Of a stretch of 39,705 nucleotides of DNA, positions 32,632 to 39,705 are shown in pieces. The stretch is from a virus. The DNA is taken from the IMG/VR virus record IMGVR_UViG_3300043120_000159, positions 1 to 39,705 of that record; one strand, 5' to 3'. Position 1 is the first letter of the stretch. Each line of letters opens with the position of its first letter. The translations under genes were made by a program, and so were the position numbers. The notes beneath the pieces were generated by a model. The model did no database searches, was not told the DNA's origin, and saw only the letters and a program-made list of their open reading frames with translations.

Positions 32632-33086
32632 GGCAGACCGACCCTATTGACGTACTGATCATTCGCAAGAGTTCCACCGCACAAGGAACCGTGGGCTTGA
32701 TCATCATCCCCGAGATGATGTTCGCCACCCCTTGCATAGAGCTGCCCTGGCGAGACAACCAGACGAATATTTCGTGCATCCCCGAGGGGGAATACGAAGC
32801 CTTCAGGCGGTGGTCGAACCACTGGAACAGCCACGTGTATCAGCTGAAGAATGTTCCCGGCCGCACCGCCGTGCAGATCCATGCCGGCAACGTCGCCGGT
32901 GACACCTCGCTCGGATACAAGACCCACAGCCACGGCTGTATCCTGCCGGGGTCTCGCGTTGGATCTCTGTACGGGCAGTCGGCCGTTTTGGCCAGCACTC
33001 CGGCCTTGTCTCGCTTCATGGCCAGGACCATGCGCCGCCCCCTGAACCTCAGAATTTTTAGAGAAGGAGTTAATAGCAATGTCTAG
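32628..33086 (+). CDS. Putative endolysin, DUF5675 / YkuD-like (L,D-transpeptidase-type catalytic motif)
   Basis: 152 aa immediately after the holin (ATGA overlap). ...ELPWRDNQTNISCIPEGEYEA...LKNVPGRTAVQIHAGNVAGDT...HSHGCILPGS has a His...(S/T)xGC(I/V) motif like L,D-transpeptidase folds. Confidence 0.5.
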   Translation: MRQTDPIDVLIIRKSSTAQGTVGLIIIPEMMFATPCIELPWRDNQTNISCIPEGEYEAFRRWSNHWNSHVYQLKNVPGRTAVQIHAGNVAGDTSLGYKTHSHGCILPGSRVGSLYGQSAVLASTPALSRFMARTMRRPLNLRIFREGVNSNV

Positions 33087-33654
33087 CCTCGTGGACCTGA
33101 TCGGAACCTCTCTCCTCGGAGTAGGGACGGGCGGCATCGGCACCCTGTTTCAGTCGATCTTTGGGGGAATATCCACCTGGATCGGCGAATGGCAGAAGCG
33201 CAAAACCGCTGCCTTGCTTCACCAGCAAGATCTGGAACGTGCCGACAAGGAAATCCAGATGATGCAGGTCGAGACGGACGGCAGGATTCAGGAGGCGCGG
33301 GAAGAACGGGCCTCCAGAGAGGTCGAGGTTGCAGCGGAGTCCTATCAGGCCAGCTTGCACCATGACCGCGCCACCTATTCCGCAGGGAAAACCACCTGGG
33401 CGGACTTCCTGCTGACCATCACCGACTTTATCCGCGGCATCACCCGCCCGGTGATGACGGCCTTTCTTTGCTACGTGAGCTGGCGGACATACGTCCATTT
33501 CACCCAGTACATGACCGCAAACAGAATCCTGTTGGAGTCTGAACAAGCCGGGGAGATCACCACATACGTCGTGCACAACGTCATCTTCATGGCGTCCACT
33601 GCCGTCGGTTGGTGGTTCAGTTCCCGCAGCCCCAAGGGCCAGGTGAAGAAATGA
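33079..33654 (+). CDS. Lysis-associated membrane protein (3-TM holin-like / spanin candidate)
   Basis: 191 aa. It has an N-terminal Gly-rich hydrophobic segment, a central charged coiled coil and two C-terminal TM segments. It is the third gene of the lysis cluster. Confidence 0.4.
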   Translation: MSSLVDLIGTSLLGVGTGGIGTLFQSIFGGISTWIGEWQKRKTAALLHQQDLERADKEIQMMQVETDGRIQEAREERASREVEVAAESYQASLHHDRATYSAGKTTWADFLLTITDFIRGITRPVMTAFLCYVSWRTYVHFTQYMTANRILLESEQAGEITTYVVHNVIFMASTAVGWWFSSRSPKGQVKK

Positions 33655-33947
33655 GCATGATGGAAGCTATCCAGGACGATCTGGACATCTTCCTCGATGA
33701 CTTTGGTTTGCCTGTTGTCATCAATGGCACATCACTGATCGCCTTGGTCGACGACGAAGGTCAGGGGCCTGACGAGGCGCGGGAAAGCGTTAACGTCCAG
33801 GTCAAGAAGCTGGTGGTCAAGGAGGCGGAGCTGCAAAGACCGAAGTCGCATCGCCCTCTCATGCTGGACGACGAACAGTGGATTGTCTCCAGAACGGAAA
33901 GCCAAGGGGGCTTTCTCGAGATTCTTATCTACAGGGAGGTGTCCTGA
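33651..33947 (+). CDS. Head-tail joining / head completion protein (hypothetical)
   Basis: 98 aa with an ATGA overlap upstream. It lies between the lysis and tail-completion genes. Confidence 0.5.
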   Translation: MSMMEAIQDDLDIFLDDFGLPVVINGTSLIALVDDEGQGPDEARESVNVQVKKLVVKEAELQRPKSHRPLMLDDEQWIVSRTESQGGFLEILIYREVS

Positions 33948-34564
33948 TGGCCCGTGACGACTTGATCAGAATAGACTCTTTTCATGCGGAGAAGGCCCTT
34001 GAGGGATTGCGGGATGTCTTGGCTCTGGTCCCCGGCGGGGCAAAGAAGGCTGTCTACAGGGCTTTGTCAAAAACCATCACCGGGATGCGCACCGACACGG
34101 TGAAGAAGGTCCGTGAAGACTACAACGTCCCGGCCAAGCAGATCCGCGAACGCATCACCCTTATTAAGCCCCAGAAGGGAGCCGACTACCCCCGCGCCCT
34201 ACTGAAGGCTGTGGGGAAGATGTCCGTCCCACTGGTTCACTACGGAGCAAGACCACGAGTCCCCGTCACAGCCGGTGGACGGCGCCCGAAAAAAGGCGTT
34301 TCCGTCCAGGTCAAAAAAGCCTCCGGGCGCAAGGTTGTGGAGGGCTCGTTCATTCAAACCCCCCGCTCCGGTGGCGAGCCGCAGATATTTAAGCGCGTGG
34401 GCGAGGATAGAGAGCCCATCCGCAGGCTGTACGGCCCCGGACATCTCCAGGCGCTGAAAGACGAAGGGAATCTTCTGGAGTTGCAGGAGCAGGCGTCTGA
34501 GCGCCTGACGAAGAACGTGCTGCACGAAGCCGACTACGTACTGCAGGAGGCTGGACTCAGATGA
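33947..34564 (+). CDS. Tail completion protein, minor tail protein Z-like
   Basis: 205 aa. ...AVYRALSKTITGMRTDTVKKVREDYNV...VPLVHYGARP...GVSVQVKKASGRKVVEGSFIQ...IFKRVGEDREPIRRLYGP fits the Minor_tail_Z pattern. Confidence 0.55.
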   Translation: MARDDLIRIDSFHAEKALEGLRDVLALVPGGAKKAVYRALSKTITGMRTDTVKKVREDYNVPAKQIRERITLIKPQKGADYPRALLKAVGKMSVPLVHYGARPRVPVTAGGRRPKKGVSVQVKKASGRKVVEGSFIQTPRSGGEPQIFKRVGEDREPIRRLYGPGHLQALKDEGNLLELQEQASERLTKNVLHEADYVLQEAGLR

Positions 34565-35025
34565 TCGCGCAGCTTGTAGCAGCTCTCGGACACTGCCTGG
34601 AAGACGGCCTGCGGGGCTTTCTTTTAGAGCACCCGGAAACGGGCGCCGGAGTAGTTCCCCCTGTCTACATCGGGGGGCTGCCGGACGACCTTGGTGCGGA
34701 AGAGGCGTTCCCGTGCGTGGTCGTGGCCTGGGAGTCCGTCGAAGACGATGAAGACGACAGCCTTATATCCGCCGAAGTGACGCTGTGCATGAGCTCAAAC
34801 AGCGGCTCAAAGTCACTTGAGGAGTGGGCGGCAGGGTTTACGGACCGGGTGCGGTCCATCCTGCGAGACGTCCGCATTCTGGAAAACAAATTTGAACGGC
34901 AATGGCCGGTCCGGATTCGACGCCCGGACCCCAGACGTGAACAGCATAGATACGCGGTCGTAGTCCTGACCACAACCTGGCGCAGGCCTGCTCCGCGGCA
35001 AACTGTGGAGGGATTTGATTTATGA
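34561..35025 (+). CDS. Tail terminator / sheath-proximal tail completion protein (hypothetical)
   Basis: 154 aa, overlapping both neighbours, immediately upstream of the sheath gene. Confidence 0.45.
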   Translation: MIAQLVAALGHCLEDGLRGFLLEHPETGAGVVPPVYIGGLPDDLGAEEAFPCVVVAWESVEDDEDDSLISAEVTLCMSSNSGSKSLEEWAAGFTDRVRSILRDVRILENKFERQWPVRIRRPDPRREQHRYAVVVLTTTWRRPAPRQTVEGFDL

Positions 35026-36263
35026 GCGCGTATAAACACGGCGTTTACGCCCTTGAGGTTCCCACCTCGATCCTGCCGCCGCGCCGAATTTCGGCATCGG
35101 TGCCTGTTGTTTTTGGCACCGCACCAATCGAGGACCAAGACCCTGCCGACCGCAAGGTCAATGAACCGGTGCTCTGCTACAGCTATTCCGAGTTCGTAGC
35201 GGCATTCGGGGACAGCGACGACTGGGAGAGCTATACCCTTTGCGAGTTCGCCAGGTCGCAGTTCGGCCTGTATGGCGTGGCTCCTGTGGTTTTCGTCAAC
35301 GTGTATGACCCTGAAGTCCACACGTCGGGGGATCCCGCCGTCCCGGATCCGGCCCAAGTTACTTCCGCAGACATCATCGGCGGAGTCGACGAAACTACCG
35401 GCAAGCTCACCGGGCTGGAGCTGATCAGCGAAGTTTTCACCCGCTTCCGCATCGTCCCCGGCCTGATCTGCGCCCCCGGGTGGTCCGAGGATCCGGCTGT
35501 GGCCATTGGCATGGCCGCCAAGGCCACGGGCATCAATGGCCTGTTCAAGGCCATGGCCATCGTGGACGTGCCCGACAGCACGGTTCCCAATTACACGGAC
35601 GTTCCCGGGTGGAAAAACGACAACAACCTCGCTGATCCGAACATGATAGTCTGCTGGCCGAAGGTAAAGCTGGGCGACGAAGTGTTCCACATGTCCACGC
35701 AGGTGGCCGGACTCATCGGTGATGTTGACGAGCAGGCCGGCGATGTGCCGTACCGCTCCCCGTCCAACAACCGGCTGTACGCAAACTCTGCGGTCGCCGC
35801 AGGCAAGGAAGTCTGGCTTGGCCTTGAGCAGGCGAACTACCTTAACGGCCAAGGCCTCATTACTGCCCTGAACTTCGTGGGCGGATGGAAAGCGTGGGGC
35901 AACCGCACCGGCTGCTACCCCAGCGTCACCGACCCCAAGGATGCGTTTATCCCCATCCGCAGGTTCTTCAGCTGGCACGCCAACACCTTCATCCTGACCT
36001 ACTTCCAGAAGGTTGACTGGCCCATTACCCGCCGTCTGATCCAGACCATCATCGACAGCGAGAACATTCGCCTCAACGGTTTCCGCGCAATGGAGATCAT
36101 TCTTGGCGGGCGCATCGTTTTCTCCGAGGACGAAAACCCGACCACGGACCTGATGGACGGCATCATCCGCTTCCACACGTATCTGACCCCGCCCTCTCCG
36201 GCACGCCAGATCGTCAACACCCTGGAGTACGACCCCGCGTATCTCCAAAACCTGTTCTCGTAA
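35022..36263 (+). CDS. Tail sheath protein
   Basis: 413 aa. The N-terminus MSAYKHGVYALEVPTSILPPRRISASVPVVFGTAP is typical of sheath proteins. It is followed by the tube gene. Confidence 0.9.
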   Translation: MSAYKHGVYALEVPTSILPPRRISASVPVVFGTAPIEDQDPADRKVNEPVLCYSYSEFVAAFGDSDDWESYTLCEFARSQFGLYGVAPVVFVNVYDPEVHTSGDPAVPDPAQVTSADIIGGVDETTGKLTGLELISEVFTRFRIVPGLICAPGWSEDPAVAIGMAAKATGINGLFKAMAIVDVPDSTVPNYTDVPGWKNDNNLADPNMIVCWPKVKLGDEVFHMSTQVAGLIGDVDEQAGDVPYRSPSNNRLYANSAVAAGKEVWLGLEQANYLNGQGLITALNFVGGWKAWGNRTGCYPSVTDPKDAFIPIRRFFSWHANTFILTYFQKVDWPITRRLIQTIIDSENIRLNGFRAMEIILGGRIVFSEDENPTTDLMDGIIRFHTYLTPPSPARQIVNTLEYDPAYLQNLFS

Positions 36264-36273
36264 GAGGTGACAC

Positions 36274-36807
36274 ATGGGCAACGTGAACAAGATTCCTGAA
36301 AAGACCATCGCGTTTAACGTCTACAAGGACGGCGCGGTACTGATGGGTGTAGCCACGGTCGACCTGCCTCAGCTGCAGTCCATGACCGAAACCCTCTCCG
36401 GCGCAGGCATCGCCGGCGAGATCGACAGCCCGACCCTCGGACACTTCCAGTCCATGACCGTCAAGCTGTCGTTCCGCACCAAGACGGCCAACTTCGTCAA
36501 ACTCCAGGCCCCGGAGTCTCACCATCTCGATTTGCGAGCCGCTGTTCAGCATCACGACGGCGGCTCGGGCACGATCGGAGCAACCCCGGAGAGAATCATT
36601 CTGCGAGGCATGCCCAAGAGCGCGTCCTTCGGCAAGTTCGAAACCGCCAAGCCTCAGGACTCCGAGATTGAACTCGAGGTGACCTACCTGAAGCTGGTTC
36701 AGGACGGAAAGGAAGTGCTGGAGATGGACAAGCTGAACTTCATCTTCATGGTCGACGGAACCGATTATCTGACTGCCGTGCGCTCTGCGCTTGGCGTGGA
36801 GGGATAA
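36274..36807 (+). CDS. Tail tube protein (P2 FII-like)
   Basis: 177 aa. IAFNVYKDGAVLMGVATVDLPQLQSMTETLSGAGIAGEIDSPTLGHFQSMTVKLSFRT matches the major tail tube family. Confidence 0.85.
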   Translation: MGNVNKIPEKTIAFNVYKDGAVLMGVATVDLPQLQSMTETLSGAGIAGEIDSPTLGHFQSMTVKLSFRTKTANFVKLQAPESHHLDLRAAVQHHDGGSGTIGATPERIILRGMPKSASFGKFETAKPQDSEIELEVTYLKLVQDGKEVLEMDKLNFIFMVDGTDYLTAVRSALGVEG

Positions 36808-36811
36808 GGCT

Positions 36812-37111
36812 ATGGCGAAGCAGAACCTGACAAAAACGATACCCCTGAACGAGCCTCTGGAAATCGGAGGCAAGGACGTCACGGAGCTGACCATGCGCCG
36901 CTGCCTGGTTCGCGACCGCCTGGAAGCCCAGAAAGCGGCCGGCCCCGACGCAACCCCCGCCGAGGTCGAAGTGACCCTGTTTGGCCTGCTGTGTGACGTT
37001 CCCTCCGAGGAGCTCCTCGACATGCCCGACGGCGACTACGACCTGCTTGTGGAGGCGTATCTTTTTTTGAAAAAGAGCCGCCGCCAGGCAAGCAAAAAGA
37101 CGGAGGCATAA
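36812..37111 (+). CDS. Tail assembly chaperone (P2 gpE-like), zero-frame product
   Basis: 99 aa between the tube and tape-measure genes. It contains the slippery heptamer near its 3' end. Confidence 0.7.
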   Translation: MAKQNLTKTIPLNEPLEIGGKDVTELTMRRCLVRDRLEAQKAAGPDATPAEVEVTLFGLLCDVPSEELLDMPDGDYDLLVEAYLFLKKSRRQASKKTEA

Positions 37112-37254
37112 AGGATTTGAGACGGGCCATCCTCCTGCTGAGCAGGTTTTCCGGGTGGCCGCTGTCTGAGATCAAGGACATGGATCTGGCTGAACTGCTG
37201 GACTGGCTTGAGGAGGCTGTCCAGGTGGAAAAAGAGATAGGTCCTCAAGTGTAA
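36812..37254 (+). CDS. Tail assembly chaperone E+E' (-1 frameshift product; shift at 37063..37069)
   Basis: After T-TTT-TTG the -1 frame stays open for 61 codons to TAA 37252..37254. It encodes ...RRAILLLSRFSGWPLSEIKDMDLAELLDWLEEAVQVEKE, which resembles the P2 GpE' family motif. Confidence 0.6.
37063..37069 (+). promoter_or_regulatory. Programmed -1 ribosomal frameshift slippery site T-TTT-TTG
   Basis: The zero-frame codons are CTT TTT TTG. The X-XXY-YYZ heptamer is identical to the P2 E/E' slippery sequence. Confidence 0.65.
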
Positions 37255-37264
37255 CGGAGCGCAA

Positions 37265-39705
37265 ATGGCAGAGCGGAAACTCGGCATAACCATGGAACTC
37301 GGGGCCTCCCTGGGGTCGACATTCAAGTCGACCTTCGGGGGGGCCGAGTCCCGGATCAAGGAACTCGGCTCGTCCATACGCGGCCTGAGAGAAGAGCCCA
37401 CCAACAAGCTGATGCACAGCTTTTACAAATTGCGCGACAAGGTGCGCTCGTCAAGGGCGGAGCTTGGCCTCGCCGAAAGAAATCTAGCCAACTTAAAAGC
37501 ACAGGCCGACGCTGCCGGCGGCGCCAGCGGGATGCTCGCACACCGCATACAGCGCGCCGAGGGGCGCGTTAAGAGCCTGCGCTCTTCTGTAAAAAACTCC
37601 ACTCAGCAGTTTGTAGACCATAAGCTGAAGATCGACGAGACAGGAAGAGGTCTTGGCGACCTGGCCTCCGACTATCGCCGACTGACGCAGGAGATGTCTC
37701 GGGCAAGAAAGACGCAGGAGGCCCTGAGTGAATTACAAGGGCGCCATCAGTCCGTCCTTGAGAAAAGGGACAACTTGCGCGGGCAGATGTTTGACATGGT
37801 TGCCCTCGGAGCAACCGCAGCCGCACCAGTTATGCATGCGATGAACATGGAGCAGGCGCAGGTCAGGCTAAAAACTGTACTGAACGCCGACGACAAGGAT
37901 CGCGCCCTGGCCGAAGCGAAGACGGAAGCGCGAGGCCTCGCCAAGAGTGGTCTGGTGGGCCTCGGTGAAGCCTACGATATTCAGTACGCCCTCAACTCCG
38001 CAGGGTTGGATGCCGCAGCCGCTCGCAGCGCAAGCCAGGTGGTAGCCAGGGTAGCGAAGGTGACAAGTGGCGTCCCTGAGAAGGTGGGGGAGGTCGTGGC
38101 AACCACTTACAACAACCTGGGAAAAAGTTTGGAGGGCACGACGAGCGAAAGGCTTGGGAGGATTGGCGACCTCTTGACCAAAACCCAGCTTAAATTTCAG
38201 ATCCGGGACTTTGGCCAACTGGGCGAGTCGATGACAGAGGGGGCAGCCGGACTTGCATCGTATAATGTGGAGCTCGCTCAAGGTGTAACCCTACTTGGGC
38301 AGTTAAACACTGCCGGGATGGGCGGCAGTAGGGCCGGGACAGCTTTGAACGCAGTGCTTAGATCTCTAGGGAAGGCCCAGAAGGAGTACGGCATAGATCT
38401 GGTACGCAACGAAAAGGGCCAGCTGGACATGATTGCGACCCTGGAGCAACTCCGAGACGCTACAGCCGACATGGATACTGACAGCAGAGCCCAATCTCTA
38501 CAGAAAGTTTTTGGCGATGAAGGCGCGAAAGGCGTGGTGCCTCTGCTCAAGCAGTTGGATGAACTCAAGAGCGCGTACGGCGACGTCAAAGAGGGATCCA
38601 AAGGGATCGTTGACAGTGAGGTCAGGCTGTTCACAGAGAGCTCCGCCGGACAGATGGCAAAGCTTACGGGTACCATGTCTGTGCTTGGCTCCGTTGTTGG
38701 CGCAACGGTCCTTCCTGGCGTCAATGCGCTGTTCGGAGCGGTTGCCGGTATCCTCGGGCCAGTTGCCGAGTTCGCGGCCCAAAATGAAACACTGACCGCA
38801 GTCGTCACTGGGACGGCTGTTGGGCTTTTGGGCTTGAAGGTTGCGGCTATCGGGCTCGGTTACGGGTGGACCTTTGTCCAGGGCGGCGCACTCATGGTTC
38901 GCAAGGCTCTTCTATTAGTGGGGACTCAGGCCGGGTGGACTACCGTAAAAACCAAATTGCTCGGGGCAACCCAAAAGGCCTGGGCTATGGGGCAGACGTT
39001 TGTCGCCACCGCATCTTCAATTGCCACTACAGCGATCCACGCCATCGGATCCACCTCGTCTTGGGCCGCCGTAAAAATGGCCGCACTGGGAGTTGCGCAA
39101 AAAGCGTGGGCTGTGGGACAGGCAGTTGTAACGGGGGCCTGCGCCGCTATCGGGACAGCATTCAGGGTCATGGGTATGGCTGTCACGGCCAACCCAATTG
39201 GTCTGGTTGTTGGCCTCCTCGCCATCGGTGCTACTTTACTTATCTCAAACTGGGGCAAGGTAAAATCATTCTTTGTGGACGTGTGGACGTCAGTCGTGAA
39301 AGCGTTCAATTGGGCCTGGGAGAAGATCAAAGCCATCCCCCTCATAGGAACCCTCGTTGAAGGGGCTTCCGCGGTGGGGAGTCTGATTGGATCCGTCGCA
39401 AGCGCCGTTGGCGGCATATTTGGCGATGACGAGGAGGCCCCCACTTCATCGCCGCCCACTGCGGCCGGTCCGAGCTACGCCACCCCAGCCCAACCCCAGA
39501 GCGCATCCGCAACCAGAGAGGGGCGCCTTTCCCAGATGGATCGCGCCGTCAAGTCCATCCCGCCGAGACAGAACATCACGTTCAATCAGACCGTAAACGT
39601 GAACGGCGGAGCATCTGCCGGAGACGTCAAGTCGGCGGTCTCCAAGGCGAACGAAGGACTGGAAGCAAGGGTCCGGAAGGTTGTTGCAGAGATGTTCCAG
39701 GAACG
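37265..39705 (+). CDS. Tail tape measure protein (3' end continues at 1..149)
   Basis: Translated by hand from ATG 37265; no stop before the window end. N-terminal coiled coil. The core ...GLGEAYDIQYALNSAGLDAAAA...GSRAGTALNAVLRSL...FGDEGAKGVVPLL is the tape-measure signature. The C-terminal half has hydrophobic Gly/Ala-rich repeats. Confidence 0.9.
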   Translation, partial: MAERKLGITMELGASLGSTFKSTFGGAESRIKELGSSIRGLREEPTNKLMHSFYKLRDKVRSSRAELGLAERNLANLKAQADAAGGASGMLAHRIQRAEGRVKSLRSSVKNSTQQFVDHKLKIDETGRGLGDLASDYRRLTQEMSRARKTQEALSELQGRHQSVLEKRDNLRGQMFDMVALGATAAAPVMHAMNMEQAQVRLKTVLNADDKDRALAEAKTEARGLAKSGLVGLGEAYDIQYALNSAGLDAAAARSASQVVARVAKVTSGVPEKVGEVVATTYNNLGKSLEGTTSERLGRIGDLLTKTQLKFQIRDFGQLGESMTEGAAGLASYNVELAQGVTLLGQLNTAGMGGSRAGTALNAVLRSLGKAQKEYGIDLVRNEKGQLDMIATLEQLRDATADMDTDSRAQSLQKVFGDEGAKGVVPLLKQLDELKSAYGDVKEGSKGIVDSEVRLFTESSAGQMAKLTGTMSVLGSVVGATVLPGVNALFGAVAGILGPVAEFAAQNETLTAVVTGTAVGLLGLKVAAIGLGYGWTFVQGGALMVRKALLLVGTQAGWTTVKTKLLGATQKAWAMGQTFVATASSIATTAIHAIGSTSSWAAVKMAALGVAQKAWAVGQAVVTGACAAIGTAFRVMGMAVTANPIGLVVGLLAIGATLLISNWGKVKSFFVDVWTSVVKAFNWAWEKIKAIPLIGTLVEGASAVGSLIGSVASAVGGIFGDDEEAPTSSPPTAAGPSYATPAQPQSASATREGRLSQMDRAVKSIPPRQNITFNQTVNVNGGASAGDVKSAVSKANEGLEARVRKVVAEMFQE
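39579..39705 (+). repeat. Terminal direct repeat, copy 2 (identical to 1..127)
   Basis: Same 127-nt string as the window start. It lies inside the tape-measure coding sequence. Confidence 0.95.

Larger units (their letters stand above)
1..39705. mobile_element. Complete temperate tailed-phage genome (myovirus-like), circularly closed; unique length 39578 bp
   Basis: All expected modules are present: integrase/xis/attP, repressor switch, replication, terminase, portal, protease, capsid, lysis, sheath/tube/tape measure and baseplate/fibre. The ends overlap by 127 identical bases and the tape-measure ORF reads through the junction in frame. Confidence 0.85.

Overview
The window is a complete, circularly closed genome of a temperate contractile-tailed phage. 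Bases 1..127 are identical to 39579..39705, so the unique length is 39578 bp. The tape-measure gene runs off the 3' end of the window and finishes at 149. The genome looks GC-rich by eye, about 60%.

Nearly all genes are on the + strand, in these modules:
- 1..8872: P2/Mu-like tail and baseplate genes (X, D, V, U, W, J, I, tail-collar, fibre).
- 8869..10571: a diversity-generating retroelement (DGR), followed by a translationally coupled D12-class adenine methyltransferase.
- 11430..17300: lysogeny and early region. It holds a CI-like repressor on the - strand, Cro-like and CII-like regulators, an HD hydrolase, Xis, a tyrosine integrase on the - strand, and attP.
- 17612..21149: replication genes (D5/P4-type helicase-primase, an AT-rich island, a zf-CHC2/Toprim primase).
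- 21149..23883: lambda-type terminase.
- 23883..27424: a roughly 3.5-kb accessory island (Ogr/Delta-like zinc finger, DUF5131 three-Cys protein, BRCT protein, Bro-N protein).
- 27623..32116: lambda-like head genes (portal, S49 protease/scaffold, decoration, E-type capsid).
- 32206..33654: lysis cassette.
- 33651..39705: head-tail joining, sheath, tube, the E/E+E' frameshifted chaperone and the tape measure.

The main result is the DGR. The template repeat (TR, 9229..9327) matches two variable repeats, and the differences fall essentially only at TR adenines.
- VR1 is the C-terminus of the tail fibre (8398..8496).
- VR2 (15297..15395) lies 6 kb away in the lysogeny region. It ends a chimeric gene that joins a MazG-like N-terminal domain to a duplicated copy of the fibre's C-type-lectin-like domain.
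- Both VRs are followed by the same conserved 3' flank and a GNRA-tetraloop hairpin.

Other signals:
- attP carries the 3' part of an initiator tRNA-fMet, flanked by ten TTTGCCCC repeats.
- The tail chaperone gene has a canonical T-TTT-TTG -1 frameshift site.
- There is a candidate replication origin.
- The putative endolysin is non-canonical.

All functional calls rest on motif recognition, gene order and manual alignment. No database search was run.
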